This document shows positions 55,939 to 64,000 of a stretch of 64,000 nt of DNA, piece by piece. The position numbers were made by a program, and so were the translations under genes. Each line of letters starts with the position of its first letter. Within the stretch, counting starts at the first letter, position 1. Below the pieces are notes generated by a model. It saw nothing but the letters and a program-made list of their open reading frames with translations. It was not told the origin of the DNA and ran no database searches. Location of the stretch: positions 32,001-96,000 of the IMG/VR virus record IMGVR_UViG_3300036800_000175; one strand, 5' to 3'. This stretch comes from a virus.

Positions 55939-56195
55939 CCGGCGGGGTTTCCCTCCCTTGTGGCGTGTCGCGGGGTCCGGGCGTCACGGGTGTGTCTGGT
56001 GGGACCTGGGGGTTTGAGCCACCCGCAGGCCACTGAGGTTACCCTCAGTTATCAGCCGGTCGCTAGGGGTAGCGGTGAGTGAGTTATGTCATCCAGGTTA
56101 GGTGCAGATGTAGTAAAGGAACCTGGGTTACGGCCGCTATGTGCGGGTAGCGTGCCGCCCATGCGCATATCCCGTAATACATAGCGTGGCCCAGC

Positions 56196-56477
56196 GTGAC
56201 CACCGACCACATTGACCACGAGGGCGAAACGCCCATTTACTTGCAGCTTGCGAACATTCTCCGCCAGCAGATACTAGCTGGCGAACTCCTGCCACGACGC
56301 CCGATCCCCTCTAAGCGCACACTCACCCAACGGCACGGGATCGCCGGCGTCACAGTGGACAAAGCGACCAGGATCCTCAAAGACGAGGGCCTGCTCAACA
56401 CAGTGCCCGGGAAGGGATTGTATGTCCGGGCACCCGAAGATCAGGGGGGAGGCGGGGGGACCGGGCTAGTGAGCTAG
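56196..56477 (+). CDS. GntR-family winged-HTH regulator (DNA-binding domain only)
   Basis: PIYLQLA.ILR..I..G..IPS..L..TV.KA..L..EGL..VPGKGLYV. Confidence 0.9.
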   Translation: MTTDHIDHEGETPIYLQLANILRQQILAGELLPRRPIPSKRTLTQRHGIAGVTVDKATRILKDEGLLNTVPGKGLYVRAPEDQGGGGGTGLVS

Positions 56478-56707
56478 CCACGTCCGCCATTCCTCCCGGC
56501 CGTGAACGGCGGGGAGGAATGGCGGGCCGCCGGCGTGCCGGCCAGTTGCCCCGCCAGATCGTCCAGAGTCTCCGCCTGGATCTCCCCGGGGCGCCCCGGC
56601 TTATACGCCGACCAGCCCCCCGGGGAGCGGTAAATCCGGTAGCCGCTGGTCTCACGGAGATGCGCCAGCTGCCGGTCAAGGCGCGACTGCACGGCCCAGG
56701 TCGTCAT
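56474..56707 (-). CDS. Hypothetical protein
   Basis: TGATG-coupled; YRI..W.A..AETLDDL. Confidence 0.5.
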   Translation of the reverse strand: MTTWAVQSRLDRQLAHLRETSGYRIYRSPGGWSAYKPGRPGEIQAETLDDLAGQLAGTPAARHSSPPFTAGRNGGRG

Positions 56708-56988
56708 CAGTGCACCCCGCCGCGGCCGGTCCGCTGATCGTGCACCGGGTCTGCCGCGCGCACACCGCGGCCGGTCAGCGGCTGGCATAGCAGCCGGGTT
56801 TCCGCCTGGCACACCTGGACGCGGAGCTGGTCGCTGATCGCGGCCAGATCCGCCCACGCCGCCGTGATCGCGGCGGCCGCGGCGGCCGCGGCATCGGGGT
56901 CACCCGTCCCGCCCTCCCAGTGGGCCAGGTGATCCCGGAGCGCGCCGACATTGTCTTGCAGTGCGTCAAGATGCCCGGTGGCAGCCAT
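56707..56988 (-). CDS. Hypothetical protein
   Basis: GGAGG RBS. Confidence 0.5.
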   Translation of the reverse strand: MAATGHLDALQDNVGALRDHLAHWEGGTGDPDAAAAAAAAITAAWADLAAISDQLRVQVCQAETRLLCQPLTGRGVRAADPVHDQRTGRGGVH

Positions 56989-57516
56989 CGTGTCCTCCCC
57001 TGACGGGAGGGGACTGCGGCGCTCAAAGGCAGATGGCGCGGCCCCCCCGTTCCGTGGGCACGGCTCGAGGGGACCGCCATTACCGAAGGGTAACCGTCCT
57101 GGTCGTCCGCCCGCTGCCTGACCGCGGGGATTACTGCTGCCGTGCCCACGAACAAACCGTAATCAGCCTGCGGCAACGTGTACACCTACTCACCCAGCCG
57201 CACCCAGAATGTCACCAGCAGGTTAGGCCGACGTACCCACGGTGAGAGCGGGCAGGTTAACGTACCTGCCCCAGCCGCGCATGCGGCCCCGGATGCACGC
57301 CACCCCACGGGCAGTGCTGGCAGCAGCACCGGCCCCGGTCATGCACATCCGCGGCGGGGACGATCGCCGCGACCAGCAGACCGGCCTCAGTCAGCCCGAC
57401 CGCATGGATGCCGCGCCTGACCACAGCGTCGATCCCGTCGGCCACGCCGGTCACGTCGGCTATCCCGGACGGCTCACGGCCGAGCCCGGTCACGTCGACC
57501 TGCATCAGGATCTCGC

Positions 57517-58275
57517 TCATGCGGCGGCAGACAGGGACATCCCGCTGGCCAGCAGCGCCTGAGCGCGCCGCTTGATGATCAGGTTCCGCGCCGGCCACTC
57601 AACGGGGTCGGTGTGCGCCGCGTCCGCAGTCATCTGTGCCGGCCATTTCCGGTACAGCATCCCCACGTCGCGGATGAACCATCCGGTACTGGTCGCGTTC
57701 AAAGCCATCATCAGGCCCGTGTCGGCGCCCGCGGGCAGGGCCATCCACCCGCCCAAAGCCATCAGGGCGCCGTACCGGATGCACATGGTGGCCGGATGGA
57801 CCTGAGCCCGGTAGCCGTGGGTGAGCCAGTGGCCCAGCACCGCACCCTGGTCAAGCGTCCCGGTCAGTGGGTCGTTGCCGAAACCGACGGTGGTGCCGTC
57901 GGGCATCAGATCCAGCACCCCGCAGGTCGTCCACATCACATGCGGCCGGGCGGCCAGCACCTTGATTTCCCGGTCCAGTGTGCCGGGGGTGAGCAGGTCG
58001 TCGGCGTCCAGGACCTTGACCAGTTCGCCGTCCGCGCGGGACAGTGCCATGTTCCGGGTGATCGCCTCCCCGCCTTTGCGGCCGTGCCCGACGCTGATAC
58101 GCGGATCCAGATCGGTGAGGTAGTCCACGACGCCGGTCTGGCCGTCTTCCTGCACGCACCATTGCCAGTCCCACCCGCGCGGCATGACCTGCGCGGCCAG
58201 CGAGTTGTAGGTGTCGCGGATGTGCCCGGCCGCCGGTGCGTGCACGGGGGTAACAACAGAGACGATGCGGGTCAC
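57517..58275 (-). CDS. Glycosyltransferase family 2
   Basis: SVVTPVH..QEDG..RNMAL..LDADD DxD motif; GTGA-coupled to GntR. Confidence 0.85.
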   Translation of the reverse strand: MTRIVSVVTPVHAPAAGHIRDTYNSLAAQVMPRGWDWQWCVQEDGQTGVVDYLTDLDPRISVGHGRKGGEAITRNMALSRADGELVKVLDADDLLTPGTLDREIKVLAARPHVMWTTCGVLDLMPDGTTVGFGNDPLTGTLDQGAVLGHWLTHGYRAQVHPATMCIRYGALMALGGWMALPAGADTGLMMALNATSTGWFIRDVGMLYRKWPAQMTADAAHTDPVEWPARNLIIKRRAQALLASGMSLSAAA

Positions 58276-59087
58276 GCTGGCCACCTTTGCAGCTGGGTTG
58301 TGTAGGCGAACACGGTCCGGTCGCCCGGCAGGATCACCTCTGAATACTCCGCCACGTCCCCCGCCGTGTCGATAGACGTTTTCCGGAGCACCAGCACCGA
58401 TTCGCCATCGTCAAGATCCAGCAGATGCTTTTCGTCGTCGCTCGCCGGCCGGCCGGTGAGCTCGTCGGTGATCTTGTCGATCTCGATCCCGACGGTGCGG
58501 AGTTGATGCATGGTGCCGCCTGGCCACGGTTCGTTGCCGGAGTCCAGCAGGTCAGGGTTCGCGGCGACCAGGTCATAGCGCAGCCACGAGGTGACGATGT
58601 TCAGCGGCACGTCTTTCGCCTCGCGGACGCTGGTCGCATAGGTGCGGCGCAGCATCGGGGTGCCTTCGGGTATCCCGAATCGTTCCGCGACATCCCCGGG
58701 CGCGGCCGTCATCTCATAGCCCGCAGTGAACAGCAGGTCGCCCATTTCAAGGCCGGTGTCGTGCTCGGTGGCACCCGTCTCACCCCGCTCGAGCGGCGTG
58801 AGCAGCGCCCGGTCCTTTTCCCACTGGTAGCGGGTGGTGTGGTCGCGGCGCACAGGGTGACGCGGGATCCGGACGAACGTCCCCCGGCCTTTCTCAGTGC
58901 GGATTAGTCCTTCGCCGCGGATGACGTCGATCGCGTGCCGGACCGTGGTCCGCGACACCCCGTAGGCGGCGGCGAGTTCAGGTTCGCTTGGCAGCTTCTC
59001 CCCCGGGCCCAGGTCGCCGCTCGCGATCCGCTCGCGCAGGCCGGCGGCTACCTGGATGTGCTGCGGCCGGTAGTCGTGTGTGGTCAC
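58272..59087 (-). CDS. GntR/HutC-family regulator with UTRA domain (KorSA-like)
   Basis: GntR wHTH plus EPWPGGT..QL..GIE..UTRA region; leaderless behind TAACTT. Confidence 0.9.
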   Translation of the reverse strand: MTTHDYRPQHIQVAAGLRERIASGDLGPGEKLPSEPELAAAYGVSRTTVRHAIDVIRGEGLIRTEKGRGTFVRIPRHPVRRDHTTRYQWEKDRALLTPLERGETGATEHDTGLEMGDLLFTAGYEMTAAPGDVAERFGIPEGTPMLRRTYATSVREAKDVPLNIVTSWLRYDLVAANPDLLDSGNEPWPGGTMHQLRTVGIEIDKITDELTGRPASDDEKHLLDLDDGESVLVLRKTSIDTAGDVAEYSEVILPGDRTVFAYTTQLQRWPA

Positions 59088-59096
59088 GGACCACAA

Positions 59097-59223
59097 GTTA
59101 ACACGCCGGTATGTCTACCTGTCTGAACAGGTTGGCGTGAACCTGTTGACATGTCTGCCAAGTCTGCTTACGCTGGCAACAGCGCAGAACATGGCAGACA
59201 TGCCTACAGGTTGGAGACAGCCG
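59097..59223. promoter_or_regulatory. Divergent promoter/operator region with nested inverted repeats
   Basis: TTGACA(59146)-17 nt-TACGCT(59169); IRs AACAGGTT/AACCTGTT and CATGTCTGCCA/TGGCAGACATG. Confidence 0.8.
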
Positions 59224-59475
59224 ATGACGGACGGCGCCGGAACCGTAGCCCCACTCCCCCACCTGGGGGAATGGCTGCCGCCGAAGGAAGTCGCCCCCAA
59301 GCTGGGGGTGTCCTGGTCCACCGTCTACAGGCTGATCCGATCAGGTGACCTCAAGGCCCGCCGTATCGGCCGGGGCCGGGGCACCCTCAAAGTTGAGATC
59401 AGCGAGATCACCCGCTACCTGGACAGCGCCGAAACGGCAGCAGCAACTGACCTGCTCACGGCGGTGCCGGCGTGA
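59224..59475 (+). CDS. Excisionase-type (MerR-like HTH) DNA-binding protein
   Basis: L.PKEVA..LGVS.STVYRLIRSGDLKARRIG. Confidence 0.85.
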   Translation: MTDGAGTVAPLPHLGEWLPPKEVAPKLGVSWSTVYRLIRSGDLKARRIGRGRGTLKVEISEITRYLDSAETAAATDLLTAVPA

Positions 59476-59792
59476 TCGCCGTCGGCGCGGATGACCGCGA
59501 AGTGATCTTGCGGATCGCGTCCTCAATCACCAGAGCCCAGCACGACCCGATCGAGGTCGTCCGGAACTCAGTCCCGATGCTCACCTGGCTCGAGCACGCC
59601 ACCGATAAGGGTGACCTGGCTCACCGCCTTGAGGCGCTGAACCGGATGTGGTGCAACCTCCCCGACTCCGATGACCGCGGCCCGGTCCTCGACTCACCCG
59701 CCGCGTTCGTCGTCGGGGCGGAGATCTTCTACCTGTTCGCGACCGGAGACCCGGAGATTCCCGACGGCCTGACCGGCGGTGACGCCGTATGA
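59472..59792 (+). CDS. Hypothetical protein
   Basis: GTGA coupling. Confidence 0.55.
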   Translation: MIAVGADDREVILRIASSITRAQHDPIEVVRNSVPMLTWLEHATDKGDLAHRLEALNRMWCNLPDSDDRGPVLDSPAAFVVGAEIFYLFATGDPEIPDGLTGGDAV

Positions 59793-60048
59793 ACCGCGTC
59801 TGCCCCCGCGACGGCACCGTCCTTGACGGCGGCCCGGTCGTGTTCTGGTGCTCCGGCCGCGGCCGGGATGTCCACGGCAGCTGCGCTCCCCTCGCGGTGA
59901 CGCACGCTCCCCATGATCGCGTGGCGGGCCGGGCATCGGCCACCCCCGAAGCCGGGCCGGCCCGCCACGCCCACGAACGCGCGGCCGGGCGCGGGCATGC
60001 CCCGGCGCCCGGCCGCGCCTCCCAGCCAGCAGCAGCGGAAGGGGGTGC

Positions 60049-60333
60049 GTGATGGCCGACGTCCTCGTCCCCCTGGACTCCGTCGGGATCATGCTCGCGG
60101 CCGACGACGCCGCGGACGACCGCTGGCAGGAACGCGCGCTGTGCGCCCAGACCGATCCGGAGGCGTTTTTCCCGGAGAAGGGCGGCAGCACCCGCGAAGC
60201 CAAGAAGGTGTGCCGGGCCTGCGAAGTCCGCGTCGACTGCCTTGAGTACGCGCTCGCGCGGGACGAACGCTTCGGGATCTGGGGCGGACTGTCGGAGCGG
60301 GAACGCCGCCGGATGAAGCGCGAGGCGGTCTGA
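60049..60333 (+). CDS. whiB: WhiB-family transcriptional regulator, closely resembling WhiB/WhiB2
   Basis: WQERALCAQTDPEAFFPEKGGSTREAKKVC..C.VR..CLEYAL..DERFGIWGGLSERERR. Confidence 0.95.
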   Translation: MMADVLVPLDSVGIMLAADDAADDRWQERALCAQTDPEAFFPEKGGSTREAKKVCRACEVRVDCLEYALARDERFGIWGGLSERERRRMKREAV

Positions 60334-60334
60334 G

Positions 60335-60868
60335 ATGGGCGCCGCAGCCTTCGTGGGCTCGGCCTTCGTCGCCGGCATGGCGATAACCGTCGTCGCGCAC
60401 GGCGGGATCCCGCTGGCCCACGCCACCAGTCAGGGCGGCCACGGTGCCCCGGCGCGGCCGGCGGCAGTGACGCGGGCGATCAGCTACGCGTGGGCCCAGG
60501 TCGGCAGGCAACCGTACTGCTGGGGTGGGACCGGCGCGTCGTGCCCGAACCCGCCATACCACGGCTACGACTGTTCCGGCCTGATGTTCAAGGCCTACGG
60601 CTTCCCGCCCGGCCTGCGGACCTCGCAGCAGCAGTGGGCTGGCCTGCCGCACGTCCCCGCCAGCCAGGCCCGGCCCGGCGATCTCGTCTTCGCGCCCGGC
60701 AGTGACGGGACGCGGGCCAAGCCCGGCCACGTCGGCATGCTGCTCTCCCGTGACCGCGTCGTGCAGGCGTACGCCCCCGGCTACCTGGTCAGCGTCACGT
60801 CGCTCAGCAACTTCGCTGCCGGCGCCGGCGGGATCACCGGCTTCGCACGCCCCACCGGAGGTGCCTGA
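60335..60868 (+). CDS. Secreted NlpC/P60 peptidoglycan hydrolase
   Basis: Signal-like N-terminus; PY.WGGTG..GYDCSGL..PGDLVF..GHVG. Confidence 0.9.
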   Translation: MGAAAFVGSAFVAGMAITVVAHGGIPLAHATSQGGHGAPARPAAVTRAISYAWAQVGRQPYCWGGTGASCPNPPYHGYDCSGLMFKAYGFPPGLRTSQQQWAGLPHVPASQARPGDLVFAPGSDGTRAKPGHVGMLLSRDRVVQAYAPGYLVSVTSLSNFAAGAGGITGFARPTGGA

Positions 60869-61008
60869 TGCTCGGCAAGATCATCGGCTGGATCATCATC
60901 ATCCTCACCGTCGTGTGGGTCCTCACTAACCCGCATCACGCTGCGGACGTCGTTCACGGCTGGCTCAGCGGGATCGCGTCCTGGCTCTGGGAGAGGTGGC
61001 ACCTGTGA
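60868..61008 (+). CDS. Small membrane protein (46 aa)
   Basis: MLGKIIGWIIIILTVVWVLTNP..AAD; GGAGG RBS. Confidence 0.6.
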   Translation: MLGKIIGWIIIILTVVWVLTNPHHAADVVHGWLSGIASWLWERWHL

Positions 61009-61523
61009 GCCGCCGCAGCAGCAGCGGCCGCGGGACGGGTGCCGCTGTCGCGGTGGTGGCCGGGCTGTACCTGTCATCCACGATGCACCCCCACGGGTCG
61101 CCCGCAGCGCAGCCCCCCGCGCATCATCACCACGACCGCGCCTCCCTGACGTCCATGCCGCAGGGAAACGGGGGGACGCCCAGCCAGAACCGGGCGCTCG
61201 CGAACGCGATGGCGGCCCGCCGCGGGTGGACCGGCGCGCAGACGCAGTGCCTGGACACGCTGTGGATGGGTGAGTCCGCGTTCGACCAGTTCAACACCTA
61301 CCCCAGCCACGACACCTCGCCGTCGACGCCCGGTTCGCAGATCACGACGGCGTACGGGATCCCGCAGGCGCTCCCGGCGCAGAAGATGGCCGCTGCCGGA
61401 GCGGACTGGCAGACCAACCCCCGCACACAGATCAGATGGGGCCTGGGCTACATCCAGGCGACCTACGGCTACCCCTGTACGGCCCTGAACTTCAAGACCA
61501 CGCACGGAAACAAGGGCTACTAG
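60996..61523 (+). CDS. Secreted lytic transglycosylase (SLT-like)
   Basis: CL..LW..ES..AYGIPQALP..KMA.AG.DW.TNP.TQI.WGL.YI..YG.PC. Confidence 0.85.
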   Translation: MAPVSRRSSSGRGTGAAVAVVAGLYLSSTMHPHGSPAAQPPAHHHHDRASLTSMPQGNGGTPSQNRALANAMAARRGWTGAQTQCLDTLWMGESAFDQFNTYPSHDTSPSTPGSQITTAYGIPQALPAQKMAAAGADWQTNPRTQIRWGLGYIQATYGYPCTALNFKTTHGNKGY

Positions 61524-61554
61524 CCCACCACCCCCACGAAAGGAAACCCCGTCC

Positions 61555-61740
61555 ATGCAGCACACCGGCTTCAACTACTGGATCCACCACGGCAGCGGCG
61601 GCGTCATGTTCGGCCTGCTGATCGCATTCCTGGTCCTGGTCGTCATCCCTGTCGCGCTCATCATCGAGGGGCGCATGAAGGCCAGCCGTGCTGAGGCCGC
61701 CCGCGCCGAGGCCCGCGCCGCCAGCCGCTACGCCGGCTGA
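61555..61740 (+). CDS. Small membrane protein
   Basis: AAGGA RBS; one TM. Confidence 0.6.
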   Translation: MQHTGFNYWIHHGSGGVMFGLLIAFLVLVVIPVALIIEGRMKASRAEAARAEARAASRYAG

Positions 61741-61787
61741 CCCACTCTCTAACCGCTTTGACACACCCCGTGGAAGGGCCGGCGACC

Positions 61788-62165
61788 GTGCCAGACATCA
61801 CCGACCAGCGGCTGCGGGATCTGCTCCGCCGCCTGCCCGACGTGCCCGACGACCTTGTCTGGCGCGCGGTGCAGGCGGAGGACAAGATCCGGAAGGCCCT
61901 CGCAGGCCCGGAGCCGGACTCGCGGGCAGCACGGAACATCGCCTTGCAGTTCTTGCAGGCCGAGCTCACCAACCGGCGCAAGGCCGGCCTGATCAGCACA
62001 TCGCTGATTGAGGTGCAGCTCGCCGGCACGACCCTCGCCATCGGGATCGAGATCCACAACTGGACCCCGGACCGGCCCGCCGGCCCGTGGCCACCCGGTG
62101 GCGGCCAGCTGACGGATGTTTTCTTCCGGAACCTCACTGCAACGTTGGAAGGAGATCAGCAGTGA
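61788..62165 (+). CDS. Hypothetical protein
   Basis: ORF in operon. Confidence 0.5.
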   Translation: MPDITDQRLRDLLRRLPDVPDDLVWRAVQAEDKIRKALAGPEPDSRAARNIALQFLQAELTNRRKAGLISTSLIEVQLAGTTLAIGIEIHNWTPDRPAGPWPPGGGQLTDVFFRNLTATLEGDQQ

Positions 62166-62956
62166 CACACGGCCTGACCGCGCTGCGGGACCTGGCACAC
62201 AACAGGGGAAGCAGCGACGCCAGCCAGGCGGCCCCCGGCCCGGGCGCCCCCACCGATGAACTCGCCGCGGAACTCGCGGCGTCCCGCGAATGGCTGGACC
62301 GCGAGCTGGCTGCCTCAGCCGCCGGCGGCACCATGCCACCGCCGCGCCAGCCGGCCCCCGGGCCCGCCCCGGCCGGGCCGGCCAGTACGGAACCGATCAT
62401 CCGCCTGCGTGAGGGCCGCAAGATGACAGTCGGGAATGAGGCCCGCGCTGTCGTGGGCCAGGTGTGGCGGCAGGCTCGCCGGAATCTCCGTGAGATGCGG
62501 CACCACCCGGGCGGGATGATCAACGGCTGGCTCGCGGCGCAAGGCCCGTCGGTCGATGACCAGATCGCGTACAAGCGGGAAAAGCGGTGGGTGCCCCTCG
62601 GTCATGACGACGGGGTGGCGGACAAGGCCGGCACCGCGTACCAGACCGTGATCGGTGTCCCGGGTGTGGCGTTCTTCGGTGCCTGCAAGGCGATCGTCGC
62701 CCGGCCGTTCCGGTTCGGGGCCACATTCTTCGCCTGCTACCTGCTCACCGCGTTGACGCTGATCCTCGCCCAGCCGCGGATCGCCGGGGTGGCCATGCTC
62801 ATTTGCCTGCCCATCGCCGTGATCGCCGCCCTGATCGGCTTGGAGGGCTGGGCCGCCGCGTCCCGCCGCGCCAGCCAACCGCAGCCACCCGACGACGAAG
62901 ACGACGACGAAGCCGAGGACGACGACCCGGCCGGCTACGAACCCCCATCGGAATAA
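62162..62956 (+). CDS. Membrane protein
   Basis: GGAG RBS; C-terminal TM segments, acidic tail. Confidence 0.6.
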   Translation: MTHGLTALRDLAHNRGSSDASQAAPGPGAPTDELAAELAASREWLDRELAASAAGGTMPPPRQPAPGPAPAGPASTEPIIRLREGRKMTVGNEARAVVGQVWRQARRNLREMRHHPGGMINGWLAAQGPSVDDQIAYKREKRWVPLGHDDGVADKAGTAYQTVIGVPGVAFFGACKAIVARPFRFGATFFACYLLTALTLILAQPRIAGVAMLICLPIAVIAALIGLEGWAAASRRASQPQPPDDEDDDEAEDDDPAGYEPPSE

Positions 62957-62960
62957 GGGA

Positions 62961-63848
62961 ATGATCATGCACGCACACACGGTCGCGCTCGCGGCCAACC
63001 ACGCCGCCGCGCTGACCCCGCCGCACGCGCACGGCTCCGTCATCGTGCTCGCCGTGCTCGCCGGCGCGGCCGGCCTGACCCTGTGGGCGTTCAGGTACAC
63101 CCGCCGGCTGGTGTGCTGGCTGATCGCGTTCGCCGCCGGGATCTGCGCCATCGGGGTCGGCGTGTGGTCAGACGCCCTGGTCGCCCTGGTCACCAGCGGA
63201 CCCGGCCAGATCGCGCTGATCGTGATCGTTTTCGCGTCCGGCATCACGTTTTACCTGGTCGCGGTGCATGACGCGCAAGGCCGCAAGATCCGGCAGGCCA
63301 AAAGGAAGCGCCGCAAGGACAAGAAGGACCGCGGGCGCGACGACTACGACGATGACGTCAGCGCGGAACTCGCCCTCACCGGCGGGAAAGAGATCGTGAT
63401 CCCGCGGCGCAGCAACACGCTGGATCGCCGCAGCCACCACCACCACATCGGCTCCCCGGCGGTCGCCGCGATCTTCGGCACGTCGTTTTCCCTGCTGGTG
63501 ATCACCTTCGGGCTGATCATGACGGACCTGTGGGAGTCGTTCACGTCGCTGGGCAGCACCGTCGCGACCCAGTCCGGCCGGGCCAGCTCCGGTAAGGCAG
63601 CGGCCGCCGCGGTGGCCGGGCATGGCCAGTCGCCCGGTCACATCGTGCTGATCGGCGCGGCGATCCTCATCGCGGTCCTGTACGGCGGTCACCGGGTCTC
63701 ACGGCGGATCCACGGCGACAAGAACAAGAACAACGACGGCGGCAACGGCGGCGGTGGCGGCCGGGGCGGCCGGAAGAAGCGCGGCCGTAACCGTGGCGGC
63801 GGCCAGGTGCAGAACAACCGGCCCACGCAGGAACTGGGGTGGCACTAA
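62961..63848 (+). CDS. Multi-pass membrane protein
   Basis: About 5 TM segments with basic loops. Confidence 0.65.
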   Translation: MIMHAHTVALAANHAAALTPPHAHGSVIVLAVLAGAAGLTLWAFRYTRRLVCWLIAFAAGICAIGVGVWSDALVALVTSGPGQIALIVIVFASGITFYLVAVHDAQGRKIRQAKRKRRKDKKDRGRDDYDDDVSAELALTGGKEIVIPRRSNTLDRRSHHHHIGSPAVAAIFGTSFSLLVITFGLIMTDLWESFTSLGSTVATQSGRASSGKAAAAAVAGHGQSPGHIVLIGAAILIAVLYGGHRVSRRIHGDKNKNNDGGNGGGGGRGGRKKRGRNRGGGQVQNNRPTQELGWH

Positions 63849-63851
63849 CCC

Positions 63852-64000
63852 ATGGCTGGCATGCAGCAGCAGGGAAGCGAAGCCCGGGTCGTGGAGGCTG
63901 AGCATCACGGCCTGCTGGTCCCGTTCTACTGGATGTTCGCCTCCGATGCGACCGTCCTGGCTGCCTCCCTGCTGCTGCCGTCCTGGCGGCTGCTCATCGC
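63852..64000 (+). CDS. Partial CDS (membrane N-terminus), truncated by window
   Basis: ATG after GGGGTGG; hydrophobic stretch. Confidence 0.45.
   Translation, partial: MAGMQQQGSEARVVEAEHHGLLVPFYWMFASDATVLAASLLLPSWRLLI

Larger units (their letters stand above)
1..64000. mobile_element. Actinobacterial temperate phage / probable phage-plasmid genome segment
   Basis: Tail, lysis, replication, recombination and switch modules in phage order; very GC-rich; WhiB and DUF397 are actinobacterial markers; Rep, ParA and dif present, no integrase seen. Confidence 0.9.

Overview
GC-rich actinobacterial temperate phage (siphovirus-type) genome segment with several phage-plasmid hallmarks. 1-15.2 kb (+): tape-measure C-terminus with an NlpC/P60 domain, tail/baseplate genes, a run of membrane genes and a GH25 endolysin. 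15.2-16.6 kb: a compact cassette of a small GntR gene, a bidirectional terminator, an unannotated 59-aa secreted pre-peptide ending in two tandem octapeptides (ASPDMYHG-ASPDMFHG) and an upstream gene with a TPR-like motif. This is my best candidate for an undescribed system: arbitrium/RRNPP-like peptide signalling in an actinophage. 20-27.6 kb: plasmid-type Rep (no canonical start codon), ParA plus partner, PadR and a clear XerC/D dif-like site; no integrase is visible in the window. 28-55 kb (-): long early/accessory operon with HerA-like ATPase, SLOG, DUF4326, a WhiA-HTH-like protein, queC-queE-queD preceded by a non-canonical TGT-fold gene (probable 7-deazaguanine DNA modification), a replication initiator with internal iterons, C5 DNA methyltransferase, HNH, SSAP and exonuclease. 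55-64 kb: an XRE/XRE switch, a second GntR-UTRA/xis-like switch with a GT2 glycosyltransferase, then WhiB, NlpC/P60, a lytic transglycosylase and membrane proteins resembling the start of an actinomycete conjugation module. All family assignments come from motif recognition by eye; no database searches were run.
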